Origin: an uncultured Dehalococcoidales bacterium
GTDB lineage: Bacteria; Chloroflexota; Dehalococcoidia; Dehalococcoidales; UBA3254
Reading direction: 5' to 3'
Length of the DNA stretch: 64,000 nt
NCBI GenBank assembly: GCA_964386535.1
Contig: CAYLRY010000008.1
Coordinates: forward strand, 6,579 to 70,578
Within the stretch, counting starts at the first letter, position 1; every line of letters begins with the position of its first letter. The notes beneath the pieces were generated by a model. It made no database searches and had not been told where the DNA came from. It worked only from the letters and a program-made list of their open reading frames with translations. The position numbers and the translations under genes were made by a program. Below, piece by piece: positions 56,192 through 64,000 of the stretch.

Positions 56192-56266
56192 CGCACTTCC
56201 GCTTTTTATCATCATTAAACCTAACCTTTTTTCATTTGTCCCTAAAAACTATATACTGGTAAATTG

Positions 56267-57397
56267 ATGATAACCAGAGAGTACGCCGCTATTATACTCG
56301 CAGCCGGATTTTCCAAACGCATGGGTACATTCAAACCTCTTCTGCCCATTGGGAACGAAACAATGGCTGAACGAGTTATCTCCGGTTTCCCAAAAAATGA
56401 TGTGGATATCATTCTGGTATCCGGTTGGAGGCAGGATTTACTGATATCAGGAATTAATATTAGAGATATTACTCTTGCTCAAAATCCGAATTTCCGTTCC
56501 GGCATGTTTAGTTCAATCTTGGCAGGTATAAGTCTTTTAAGAAAAGAACATAAAGCTTTTTTTATAATGCCGGTAGATATACCTCTGGTAAGGCCTGCTA
56601 CCATAAACCGTTTATTAAAAGAAGCTATCTATCATCCTGGGAAAATACTGTATCCTGCCTTTAATAAAACCAGAGGGCATCCTTCGGTCATTCCCTGTAC
56701 TTTAGTACCAGCAATAAAAAATTGGAGCGGGGAAGGCGGTTTAAAAACTCTTCTGCACATGTATGAACAACGTGCATGGGAAGTAGTAGTCGCAGACAGT
56801 AATATTTTAATTGATATAGATACACCGGATGATTATAGAGCTTTACTTAAACGTTTTCAAACATACGATATACCTACGGATGAGGAATGTATTGAGATAC
56901 TGAACTCGATTTGTAAAGTGGATCCGGAAAGACAAAGGCATTGTATCAAGGTCTCTGAAATCGCAGTATTATTAGGACATAATCTGCAACTTTCAGGCTG
57001 TAAATTGAATCTCGGTTTAATTAAGGCAGCGGCCATGCTACATGATATAGCAAAAGGAAAACCGGAGCACGATGTGACGGGCGGAAAAATACTGCGGGAA
57101 ATGGGGTTTGATAAAGTGGGAGAGATTGTGTCTGTCCATTCAGACCTTGCAGGAGGAGACTTGACTCTTCCACTGGAGGCCAAAGTGGTATACCTGGCTG
57201 ATAAATTAGTTCAGGGTGAAAACCTGGTCACCATTCAAGAACGTTACCAATCGACCGGACGCCGTTTTGCCTTAACTCCTAAAATTCAAAATATTATTCT
57301 GGCACGTAGTGAAGTAGCACAAAAAGTACAAAAAGAAATAGAATTATTACTGGGTAATCCTTTGCAAAAGATTATCAATCAACATATTCGATATTAA
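56267..57397 (+). CDS. MobA/MocA-like nucleotidyltransferase fused to an HD-domain phosphohydrolase
   Basis: AAIILAAGFSKRMGTFKPLLPIG is the NTP_transf_3 N-terminus. The C-terminal half carries AAMLHDIAKG...VHSD (HD motif). Confidence 0.75.
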   Translation: MITREYAAIILAAGFSKRMGTFKPLLPIGNETMAERVISGFPKNDVDIILVSGWRQDLLISGINIRDITLAQNPNFRSGMFSSILAGISLLRKEHKAFFIMPVDIPLVRPATINRLLKEAIYHPGKILYPAFNKTRGHPSVIPCTLVPAIKNWSGEGGLKTLLHMYEQRAWEVVVADSNILIDIDTPDDYRALLKRFQTYDIPTDEECIEILNSICKVDPERQRHCIKVSEIAVLLGHNLQLSGCKLNLGLIKAAAMLHDIAKGKPEHDVTGGKILREMGFDKVGEIVSVHSDLAGGDLTLPLEAKVVYLADKLVQGENLVTIQERYQSTGRRFALTPKIQNIILARSEVAQKVQKEIELLLGNPLQKIINQHIRY

Positions 57398-57561
57398 GTA
57401 AGTATACCTGCAGACCCTGACCGGGAAAAAAGGTTCCAGAAAATAGTTACTTCTATTATTCCAGAGGGAGAGCACAGATGTAACAGAATTCTGATCTCTC
57501 CCCCCTATTTTATCGATCGAACTATAAATTATGCGTCCCTTATTTTCTTAGTGCCTATTTT

Positions 57562-58596
57562 TCAAGGTTTAATTAACAATTTAATGGCTTTACCCTGAAT
57601 GCAGGCCTGGAAAGCATCGGAAATCTTTTCTAAAGGCATAATAGAAATTAAGGGCTTAAGGTTCAACTTGGGTAAAAGGTTCAACGATCTGGGGAAGCAA
57701 TATGGGGAGATGAAGACAGCCCGTATGGTTAATTCATGATTATACATGTAAGATGGTGCGATGCCTGCCTTTGCCCCTGCTGGATACATTGCAGCCCACA
57801 CAACTGTAGCGCCGTAATCAGCCATTTCAATGGCTTGTTCGGCCAGAGCTAGCTTTCCAACAGCTTCAATTACTGTATCGAATCCTCTACCATCAGTGAG
57901 TTTATTACCGGCTTCAATCAGGTTCTCCGTTAATGGATCAACTACTACATCAGCGCCCAACTGTTTGGCCATTTGTCTCCTTCCTGGCGCTGGTTCTGAA
58001 ACCAGAACCCGGGAAGCCCCTGCCCGGATTGCCATTTCCTGACAGAGCAAACCAATTGGACCACCCCCCAGGATGGCTACCGAATTTCCAGGACGGACAT
58101 TGGCCAGATCAATAGTATGCACAGCTACGGATACCGGTTCCAGCAAAGCCCCTTCTTCCAGACTGACATTATCCGGAAGTGGGTAAATATCATTTTCCTG
58201 GTATACTGCATATTCTGCATAACCGCCTGTTGCCGGGATTACATGATCGCAGAAATGCTCTTTACCGTTTCGGCAATAATAACAAGCCCCACAAGGAGCC
58301 CGGAAGTTCATAGCTACTCTCTGTCCGATCTTGTAACCCTGTTTACAATTTTTTCCTATTTCAACAATAGTGCCCGAAGCTTCATGCCCCATGATTCTGG
58401 GACCAGGTCGCGGTATGGAAGGTTTTTGTTGAGGGCGCGCCATGCCCGAAGCAAAAGCTGGATCAAACATATGCAGTTCACTTCCGCAAATCCCGCAATA
58501 AGCAATCTTGACTTTAATATCGTCAGGTTCCATTTGCGGTTCCGGTACGTCCATTACTTTTACTTCTCTAGATTCGGTCATCACCGCTGCTTTCAT
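57562..58596 (-). CDS. Zinc-dependent alcohol/polyol dehydrogenase (MDR family)
   Basis: 344 aa. Motifs are CGICGSELH, GHEASG, the structural-Zn region CGACYYCRNGKEHFC and the Rossmann motif ILGGGPIGLL. Confidence 0.9.
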   Translation of the reverse strand: MKAAVMTESREVKVMDVPEPQMEPDDIKVKIAYCGICGSELHMFDPAFASGMARPQQKPSIPRPGPRIMGHEASGTIVEIGKNCKQGYKIGQRVAMNFRAPCGACYYCRNGKEHFCDHVIPATGGYAEYAVYQENDIYPLPDNVSLEEGALLEPVSVAVHTIDLANVRPGNSVAILGGGPIGLLCQEMAIRAGASRVLVSEPAPGRRQMAKQLGADVVVDPLTENLIEAGNKLTDGRGFDTVIEAVGKLALAEQAIEMADYGATVVWAAMYPAGAKAGIAPSYMYNHELTIRAVFISPYCFPRSLNLLPKLNLKPLISIMPLEKISDAFQACIQGKAIKLLIKP

Positions 58597-58741
58597 AAAT
58601 TCTTAACCTCCTGATCAAATTTCTTATTTTAAAATACCAATAACATATACCTGAGTTCCTAATAGTTACTATTTAAGGCTTAACAAATAGAAAAGCCCTT
58701 GCCAGCTTTATCACTATAATACCTTTTTTTTATTCAACATG

Positions 58742-59188
58742 CTATGTATTTCGTCTAGAAGCCTCTGGAACTGGACGAATAGAAAACCCTGGAGATAGAG
58801 TTACATCAATAAACATGAAAGGTTTATTTACCCTCTTAATATTTAATGGGCCATGCACAATACCTTTGGGAATATAAACACAAGCCGGATAGGAAATAAT
58901 ACTCTTACTTAACTCTTCTCCAAAGCACATCTCAACTTCTGCATCAAAATCAGCTACATTTTCAGGATTTCCCCCCATAAAAAAAACAATTTGATCAAAA
59001 TCATGTTTGTGAGGTTCAGCTACCATTAGAAATGGCTGGGTGAGAAAGGACCATCCTAATGAAAAATTAGCTCCATTCAGATCCCTGCCGCCGGAGACTC
59101 CAATCTGGGGAGCAACCACCTGTTTATATATTGACATGCCGGTTTTCAGCTCCATGATATATTTTCCGTGTTTAATATGCTCAGCCAT
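58742..59188 (-). CDS. Cupin-like protein of unknown function (paralog of 21874-22395)
   Basis: 148 aa with an AAGGAGG SD: EPHKHDFDQIVFFMGGNPENVADFDAEVEMCFGEELSKSIISYPACVYIPKGIVHGPL. Confidence 0.6.
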   Translation of the reverse strand: MAEHIKHGKYIMELKTGMSIYKQVVAPQIGVSGGRDLNGANFSLGWSFLTQPFLMVAEPHKHDFDQIVFFMGGNPENVADFDAEVEMCFGEELSKSIISYPACVYIPKGIVHGPLNIKRVNKPFMFIDVTLSPGFSIRPVPEASRRNT

Positions 59189-59476
59189 AATTCCTCCTTA
59201 ATTTTTAAATAGAATTCTTTCACTAAAAAATTTTTTCTGGTGAGTTTTTACGCATAATGGGAATTGTTTTAATATCTGAAAGAGCATGATCCTATCTTGA
59301 ATTTCAATTCTCAGACAGTTCAGAAGCTTGAAATTACTTAAAATTAAATGTAATCTTTGATAAACAAATTGTCAATAGCTAATACATACAAGCTGGAAGC
59401 ATATCCATAAAAAGGAACAATAATTTAATTTCAAAGGATGCAAGATAGAAAACACCATTAATTGCCTCAATAATAA

Positions 59477-59626
59477 GATGATGTTACCTCTGTGAAAGCA
59501 GGTGATCAGGTGACGGTCTCTTTGCTGGCTACCTGTAGAAATTGTTATTATTGTAATTCCTGGCTGCCTCAGACGGAAACTGAGGCTGCCGAAGATCAAA
59601 AGGCGGCCCTTATTTATTATCCTTAA
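59477..59626 (+). pseudogene. Zinc-ADH (MDR) gene fragment
   Basis: The stop-bounded frame reads DDVTSVKAGDQVTVSLLATCRNCYYCNSWLPQTE. This parallels the V(K/T)xxKxGDxVxxxxxxxCGxCxxCxxG structural-zinc block of MDR dehydrogenases. There is no start codon and no flanking domains. Confidence 0.5.
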
Positions 59627-59745
59627 GTACCGTGGCATATTCGGATAATATTCTAGCCAATACAAAATAAACTATCAGTGGTATAATAAGTATCATACAT
59701 AAGTACAATTAGCGGTAATTAAGCCTAATTTTATTATTAAATTCA

Positions 59746-60663
59746 ATGATCAATCCTTATTCATACAACGCTATAAATAATGGCAATGCGTTTAATTTCA
59801 AAGATGAGAACTCCCTTTGGCTCCACTATTCTCTTGAAGTGCCCACAGCTCAAAAGTTAAAATACCTGGGTGAAAACAGCATCAAAGGCGAATACTATTA
59901 TCCCAAAGGTTTCCAGAAAGCACCTCTGGCCATACTGGTGCACGGAATGGGTAGCAGGAGTGTAATTCCTTGCAAGCTACTGGCGCGAACTCTGGCAAAA
60001 AAAGGTATTGCTAGTTTCATTTTGTATCTGGTGTTTCATCAAAACCGAATCCCGGATTCTTTAAAAGGGAAATACCCCTCGTTGAGCGCCGAGGAATGGT
60101 TTGAGAGTTACCAGCTTTCAGTAGTTGATATACGTCAAATTATTGATTGGGCAGGTTATCGAAAGGAAATTGCGCAGAACAAAATATCAGTGGTCGGCAT
60201 CAGTCTGGGTGGGATTATCTCAGCGATTGCTATGGGCTTGGATGAACGGATTAAAGCCGGTGTTTTCATAGTTACAGGAGGCAACTCCGATAAAATTACA
60301 CGATATAGCTTCTTATTACGCCATATTTATAAGCAAAAAATTGAAGAATATAATAAAAACCAGGAGTTATATGCACGTTATCTGACTGAAGTTGAAAAAA
60401 AAGGATTTGAAAAGGTTATAGCCGCTAAAAACAGTTATCTTACAGATCCTCTGACATTTGCGTATTCGCTTCGTAACCGGCCGGTATTGATGCTTAATGC
60501 TTTTTGGGACGAAATGATTCCTAGAGTGGCAACTAAAGACCTTTGGAAATCATGCGGAGAGCCTTCTATTAGCTGGTATCCAGCCACACATGCCAGTATT
60601 TGGTTATGGTACCCTTTAATGGGTCGCCGTATTTCTTCTTTTTTAATAAGATGCTTAATTTGA
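59746..60663 (+). CDS. Alpha/beta hydrolase (dienelactone-hydrolase/esterase-like)
   Basis: 305 aa. LAILVHGMG is present, and the nucleophile elbow is VVGISLGG. No clear SD. Confidence 0.7.
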   Translation: MINPYSYNAINNGNAFNFKDENSLWLHYSLEVPTAQKLKYLGENSIKGEYYYPKGFQKAPLAILVHGMGSRSVIPCKLLARTLAKKGIASFILYLVFHQNRIPDSLKGKYPSLSAEEWFESYQLSVVDIRQIIDWAGYRKEIAQNKISVVGISLGGIISAIAMGLDERIKAGVFIVTGGNSDKITRYSFLLRHIYKQKIEEYNKNQELYARYLTEVEKKGFEKVIAAKNSYLTDPLTFAYSLRNRPVLMLNAFWDEMIPRVATKDLWKSCGEPSISWYPATHASIWLWYPLMGRRISSFLIRCLI

Positions 60664-60966
60664 TTTATCTTAACTGCTGAACACCGGCGGAAAAGATGTA
60701 ATATCTAAACTCGACTCATATGTTCAATATTTGGTTTTTATTTTCTTAATCTGTTATTTTCGTCAGATGGGTTATCGCTGCAGTAGATTTATACAAAGAC
60801 AGGCAAAGCCTTTCGATAGAAAGCGTAACGCCTAGAACCAATATCCGAAATGCTTTATTGTCCAGCATAACCTCAATTTTACCTTTTTCAAAAAAATATC
60901 TTATCAAAAATATGATATAAATAAGTTATAAAAGATATAATTAATTTAATAAAGGTAAAATCCAGT

Positions 60967-61653
60967 TTAGGCTGGTTTAATTAAAACATAACCCACACCG
61001 GCCTTTGTCACAATCAATTGAGGCTGTTGCGGTTCAATTTCCAGCTTTTCACGTAGACGGCGAATGTAAACTTTGAGGCTGTCTACAGCACCGGGATAAT
61101 CCTCTCCCCAGACAGCATCTGATAGGTTACTGTGTGTAACTACCTGACCCGCGTTACGCATTAGATGATGTAGAATACGGCCTTCTGTTGGAGTGAGACT
61201 TATATCTTTTTGGTGAAGGGTTACTTGTCCGGTAGATGGATTAAACACTAAAGGTCCGACAGAGAGGGGAGTTTCTGTATCAATATTGGATCGCCTGCGT
61301 GTTAAAGCTTTTATTCTGGACAATAATTCGAGTTGTCTGAATGGTTTGACCATATAATCATCCGCTCCCCATTCCAGACCTTTAACAATATCGGATTCTT
61401 CAGCGCGAGCGGTTAAGATCAGGATAGGAATATCTGAAAACAGGCGTACCTGTTTAAGAACATCAAAACCATTGATATCCGGAAGCCCGAGATCAAGTAT
61501 GACAATATCAGGTTTTTCTTTTTCAACCAGGTCAATTCCCTGTTCGCCATGATAAGTGGAAATTAATTTGGCTTCAGGCCAGCGAATTTGAAAAGCCAGG
61601 GAAATAGCTTCTACAATTTGTTGATCATCTTCAATAACTAGAATTTTCATCAT
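60967..61653 (-). CDS. OmpR/PhoB-family response regulator
   Basis: 228 aa. The receiver domain reads ILVIEDD...DIVILDLGLPD...KP, followed by a winged-helix C-terminus (LTPTEGRILHHLM...VYIRRLREKLE). Confidence 0.9.
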   Translation of the reverse strand: MMKILVIEDDQQIVEAISLAFQIRWPEAKLISTYHGEQGIDLVEKEKPDIVILDLGLPDINGFDVLKQVRLFSDIPILILTARAEESDIVKGLEWGADDYMVKPFRQLELLSRIKALTRRRSNIDTETPLSVGPLVFNPSTGQVTLHQKDISLTPTEGRILHHLMRNAGQVVTHSNLSDAVWGEDYPGAVDSLKVYIRRLREKLEIEPQQPQLIVTKAGVGYVLIKPA

Positions 61654-63842
61654 TGTCCTCCAGAAAGTGCTTCTTCGCCAGGCTGTATTCTGGTTCTTAA
61701 AGGCAAAGAGAATGCAAAAGTGCTGCCTGTGCCTTTCTTACTGGACACCCAGATACGCCCACCATGCAATTCAACCAGGTTCTTGGACAGAGTTAACCCT
61801 AAACCCAGCCCGCTTAATCTCTCCTTTCCTTCAATCCGGTAATACGGTTTAAATAAATTTTTTTGTTCCTCATCACTGATCCCACGTCCCGTATCCTGTA
61901 TCTCTATTACGATGTTTGAGCCTTCAATACATGCTTTAATGCTGATTTTCCCCCCTGACGACGAGTATTTCGTGGCATTATTGATAAGGTTTAATAATAC
62001 CTGGCGGATTCTGTCATCATCCGCCAACGTAACAGGCAGGTCATTTTCAATCTCCAGGGTTAAGGATTGACCACTGCTCCGAACTACAGGTTCCATATTA
62101 TTGAATACTTCCCGTAATAATTTCCCTAAATCAACTGGTTTTAAGTTAATCTTTAGCAAGCCTACCTCACCGCGGGCCAGGTCAAGCAGTTCATCCACTC
62201 TTTTATTCATATTCTCAGCACCCCGATGAACATTTTTTGCTAGCCCTAAAAGGGGTTCTTCGGTTAGTTCCTCAACCAGAAGTTCGCTGGAGGCCAATAT
62301 GGGAGTTAAGGGCGTTTTCAATTCATGAACCAGAGCCCTGGTGAATTCAGTCCTGCTCTTAATTTCTACCTGTAGTTGTTCTGTAACATTCTTCTCACGC
62401 TGATACAGTCTTTCCAGTTCTTCACGCGCCAGTTTTTGCGAAGTGATATCCATCCATATAGATAGATAAAAGCTGACGTTATCACCATCTTTGACAGGGG
62501 TATGATTCATATTGATCCAGAAAACTTCACCAGTCTTTCTTCGCAACATCATTTCACCCTGATAAGGTTGATCATTTTGCTTTTCGAAGCTATTCAAGTA
62601 TTGCTCTATTTTTTCTTTTGGCCACCAGGGGTAGGGAATAGTTCGCCCGCTTATTTCGGGTAAAGAAAACCCGGTTACTTTTTCGAAAGCCGGATTTACA
62701 TATCTGATAGAATTATCTGGATTACTTACTAAAATAGGATAAGGTGCGTTATTTAGTAAACTGGAATTAAACTCATCACTTTCCCGGCGCAGCTTGATAT
62801 AATGCTCCAGACTATCCAGCATGTTGTTTATATTTGCAGCCAGGCTGGATATTTCGTCTTTACCGCATACTCCGATCCGTGATGCCGGATCGCCTGTTTG
62901 CGCAATAGATGTAACGCTCTGACTGAGGCTGGCGATGCGTGAAAGGACCATTTTATCTAACAGGAGTAAAATTGCCAGCACAAATATTAAACCAAAAGCC
63001 AGCAGCGATAATGAAAAAAATATGATCGCAGTCCTGGACTGTGAATAAAGGGTCCGTAAAATATTAACTTCTACAATCAGTGCGGGATTATTATTAATAT
63101 CATAAAAAAGACAAAATCCAGCCATCATATCATCATTCAACGGTTGTGCAACAAAAGAAGATCCTTGCTGGAGTTGAGAGTATATTGATTGTATTTCAAC
63201 AGGCCATGTTTCTTCTTTAGGAACATATATTTTTAATGTCAGGTTGGTAATGTTAGTGAGTCGCTCCAGTTCCAGCGCATCCAGATTTCTCCCCAGAATA
63301 AACGTACCCCGGCGAGGTCCGGTTCCCTGATTAGTCAATATGGGATGAGATACGACCAGCATAGGCGTTTCAGTTAATGTAATAATGCCTTTAATGTTAT
63401 CTGTATCCAAATTTGTGGATAAAACACCGCCGGGGTTTATAAAATTATTCATGTTTTCAGGGACAGCAATGGCAGTACCTTCCATAAGATCGAAGGCTTT
63501 ACTGAATATAACCTCATGTGAGCCATTAAGCATAATTACTAGATTCCACCGGTTATTAAAAAAATTAATGTCTTGCATGTACGAATTTATATAGGCCTGG
63601 TTTTTATCTTCAATGAATGCATATGTTTCATCCCACTCAGCCCAGTCCAGTGCAACCTGTTCTAGTCCTCGAAGAGAATCGTCAATTAGCAGCCTAATCA
63701 ATTCGGTTTTATCCTGGACGTCCCGTTCTTCTTCCTGGCGGTAACTTCTATTGACCAGTATACTTAAGATCGCTGCTAGCAAAATAAAAGCCACAATAAA
63801 AACAATTGATATAATTATAAATGTTTTGGTACGTAAAAACAT
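61650..63842 (-). CDS. Sensor histidine kinase (CHASE4-like sensor, HAMP, PAS, HisKA, HATPase)
   Basis: 730 aa. Two TM helices flank a sensor domain with DWAEWDETYAF. PAS is NAPYPILVSNPDNSIRYVNPAFEKVTGF, the H-box is VHELKTPLT, and the N/G boxes are LINNATKY, DTGRGI and GLGLGL. It overlaps the regulator gene by 4 nt. Confidence 0.85.
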   Translation of the reverse strand: MFLRTKTFIIISIVFIVAFILLAAILSILVNRSYRQEEERDVQDKTELIRLLIDDSLRGLEQVALDWAEWDETYAFIEDKNQAYINSYMQDINFFNNRWNLVIMLNGSHEVIFSKAFDLMEGTAIAVPENMNNFINPGGVLSTNLDTDNIKGIITLTETPMLVVSHPILTNQGTGPRRGTFILGRNLDALELERLTNITNLTLKIYVPKEETWPVEIQSIYSQLQQGSSFVAQPLNDDMMAGFCLFYDINNNPALIVEVNILRTLYSQSRTAIIFFSLSLLAFGLIFVLAILLLLDKMVLSRIASLSQSVTSIAQTGDPASRIGVCGKDEISSLAANINNMLDSLEHYIKLRRESDEFNSSLLNNAPYPILVSNPDNSIRYVNPAFEKVTGFSLPEISGRTIPYPWWPKEKIEQYLNSFEKQNDQPYQGEMMLRRKTGEVFWINMNHTPVKDGDNVSFYLSIWMDITSQKLAREELERLYQREKNVTEQLQVEIKSRTEFTRALVHELKTPLTPILASSELLVEELTEEPLLGLAKNVHRGAENMNKRVDELLDLARGEVGLLKINLKPVDLGKLLREVFNNMEPVVRSSGQSLTLEIENDLPVTLADDDRIRQVLLNLINNATKYSSSGGKISIKACIEGSNIVIEIQDTGRGISDEEQKNLFKPYYRIEGKERLSGLGLGLTLSKNLVELHGGRIWVSSKKGTGSTFAFSLPLRTRIQPGEEALSGGQ

Positions 63843-64000
63843 TTATATCCTAATTCCCTAAATATGTAAATTTTATGATTGATGCCAGCCAAAAATATCC
63901 CCGATGCTTGAAAGGCTTAATAATTTGTTGCTCTAAATAGCATAGATGGTTTTGTTAAGGACTGCAATAGAGGTCAAGAATATATTTTATAATTATTTTT

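Noticed and set aside
58117-58614. 165-aa plus-strand ORF.
   Set aside because: It is antisense to the zinc ADH gene.
1-64000. Prophage, integrative element, CRISPR-Cas, toxin-antitoxin or secondary-metabolite (NRPS/PKS/RiPP) cluster.
   Set aside because: I could not recognise any integrase, capsid or terminase gene, cas gene, repeat array, or core biosynthetic gene. The only mobile-element remnant is the decayed ISL3 fragment.

Overview
This 64-kb chromosomal window carries about 60 intact genes on both strands, with strong AAGGAGG-type Shine-Dalgarno (SD) sites and many TTG/GTG starts. The gene content suggests an anaerobic, possibly Chloroflexota-like bacterium (low-confidence inference): Bcr/Hgd-type radical enzyme subunits, nitroreductase, NifU, Mo/W uptake, T/P-rich lipoprotein linkers and a MalT-type LuxR regulator.

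- **1-18 kb:** an edge-truncated hydrolase gene missing from the ORF track, an orphan family-5 substrate-binding lipoprotein, and IclR divergent from an enolase-superfamily gene. Then a HEAT-repeat protein, a hotdog thioesterase, a MoxR-DUF58-DUF4129 membrane operon, an SDR-cyclase-cupin-HADH-BKACE catabolic set, plsY and an APC permease.
- **18-35.5 kb:** small Zn-ribbon and unknown proteins, a MalT-like LuxR regulator and a cupin-like protein. Next is an amino-acid ABC importer whose ATPase has a C-terminal add-on, followed by a STAS-fusion protein. The most unusual block follows: four Bcr/Bzd/Hgd-type subunits (two distinct ATPases), two family III CoA-transferases and a long URO-D-family protein.
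- **35.5-42.2 kb:** a mosaic or decay zone ending at tRNA-Asn. It holds remnants of a P-type ATPase, a phosphoglycerate mutase, an amphi-Trp-like domain and an ISL3 transposase. It also holds an MFS gene and a modABC-like operon preceded by two tandem Moco-riboswitch-like elements, plus a duplicated ~100-nt repeat.
- **42-64 kb:** M20 peptidase, DedA/VTT, NifU-like, DHA2 MFS, nitroreductase-prmA, a second orphan family-5 substrate-binding protein (SBP), two lipoproteins and DUF5343. Then a small ORF with ftsA-ftsZ, a structured leader before a MobA-HD fusion, an ADH, a second cupin-like paralog, an ADH fragment, an alpha/beta hydrolase and an OmpR/CHASE4 two-component pair.

No rRNA, CRISPR array, intact transposase or integrase was seen.
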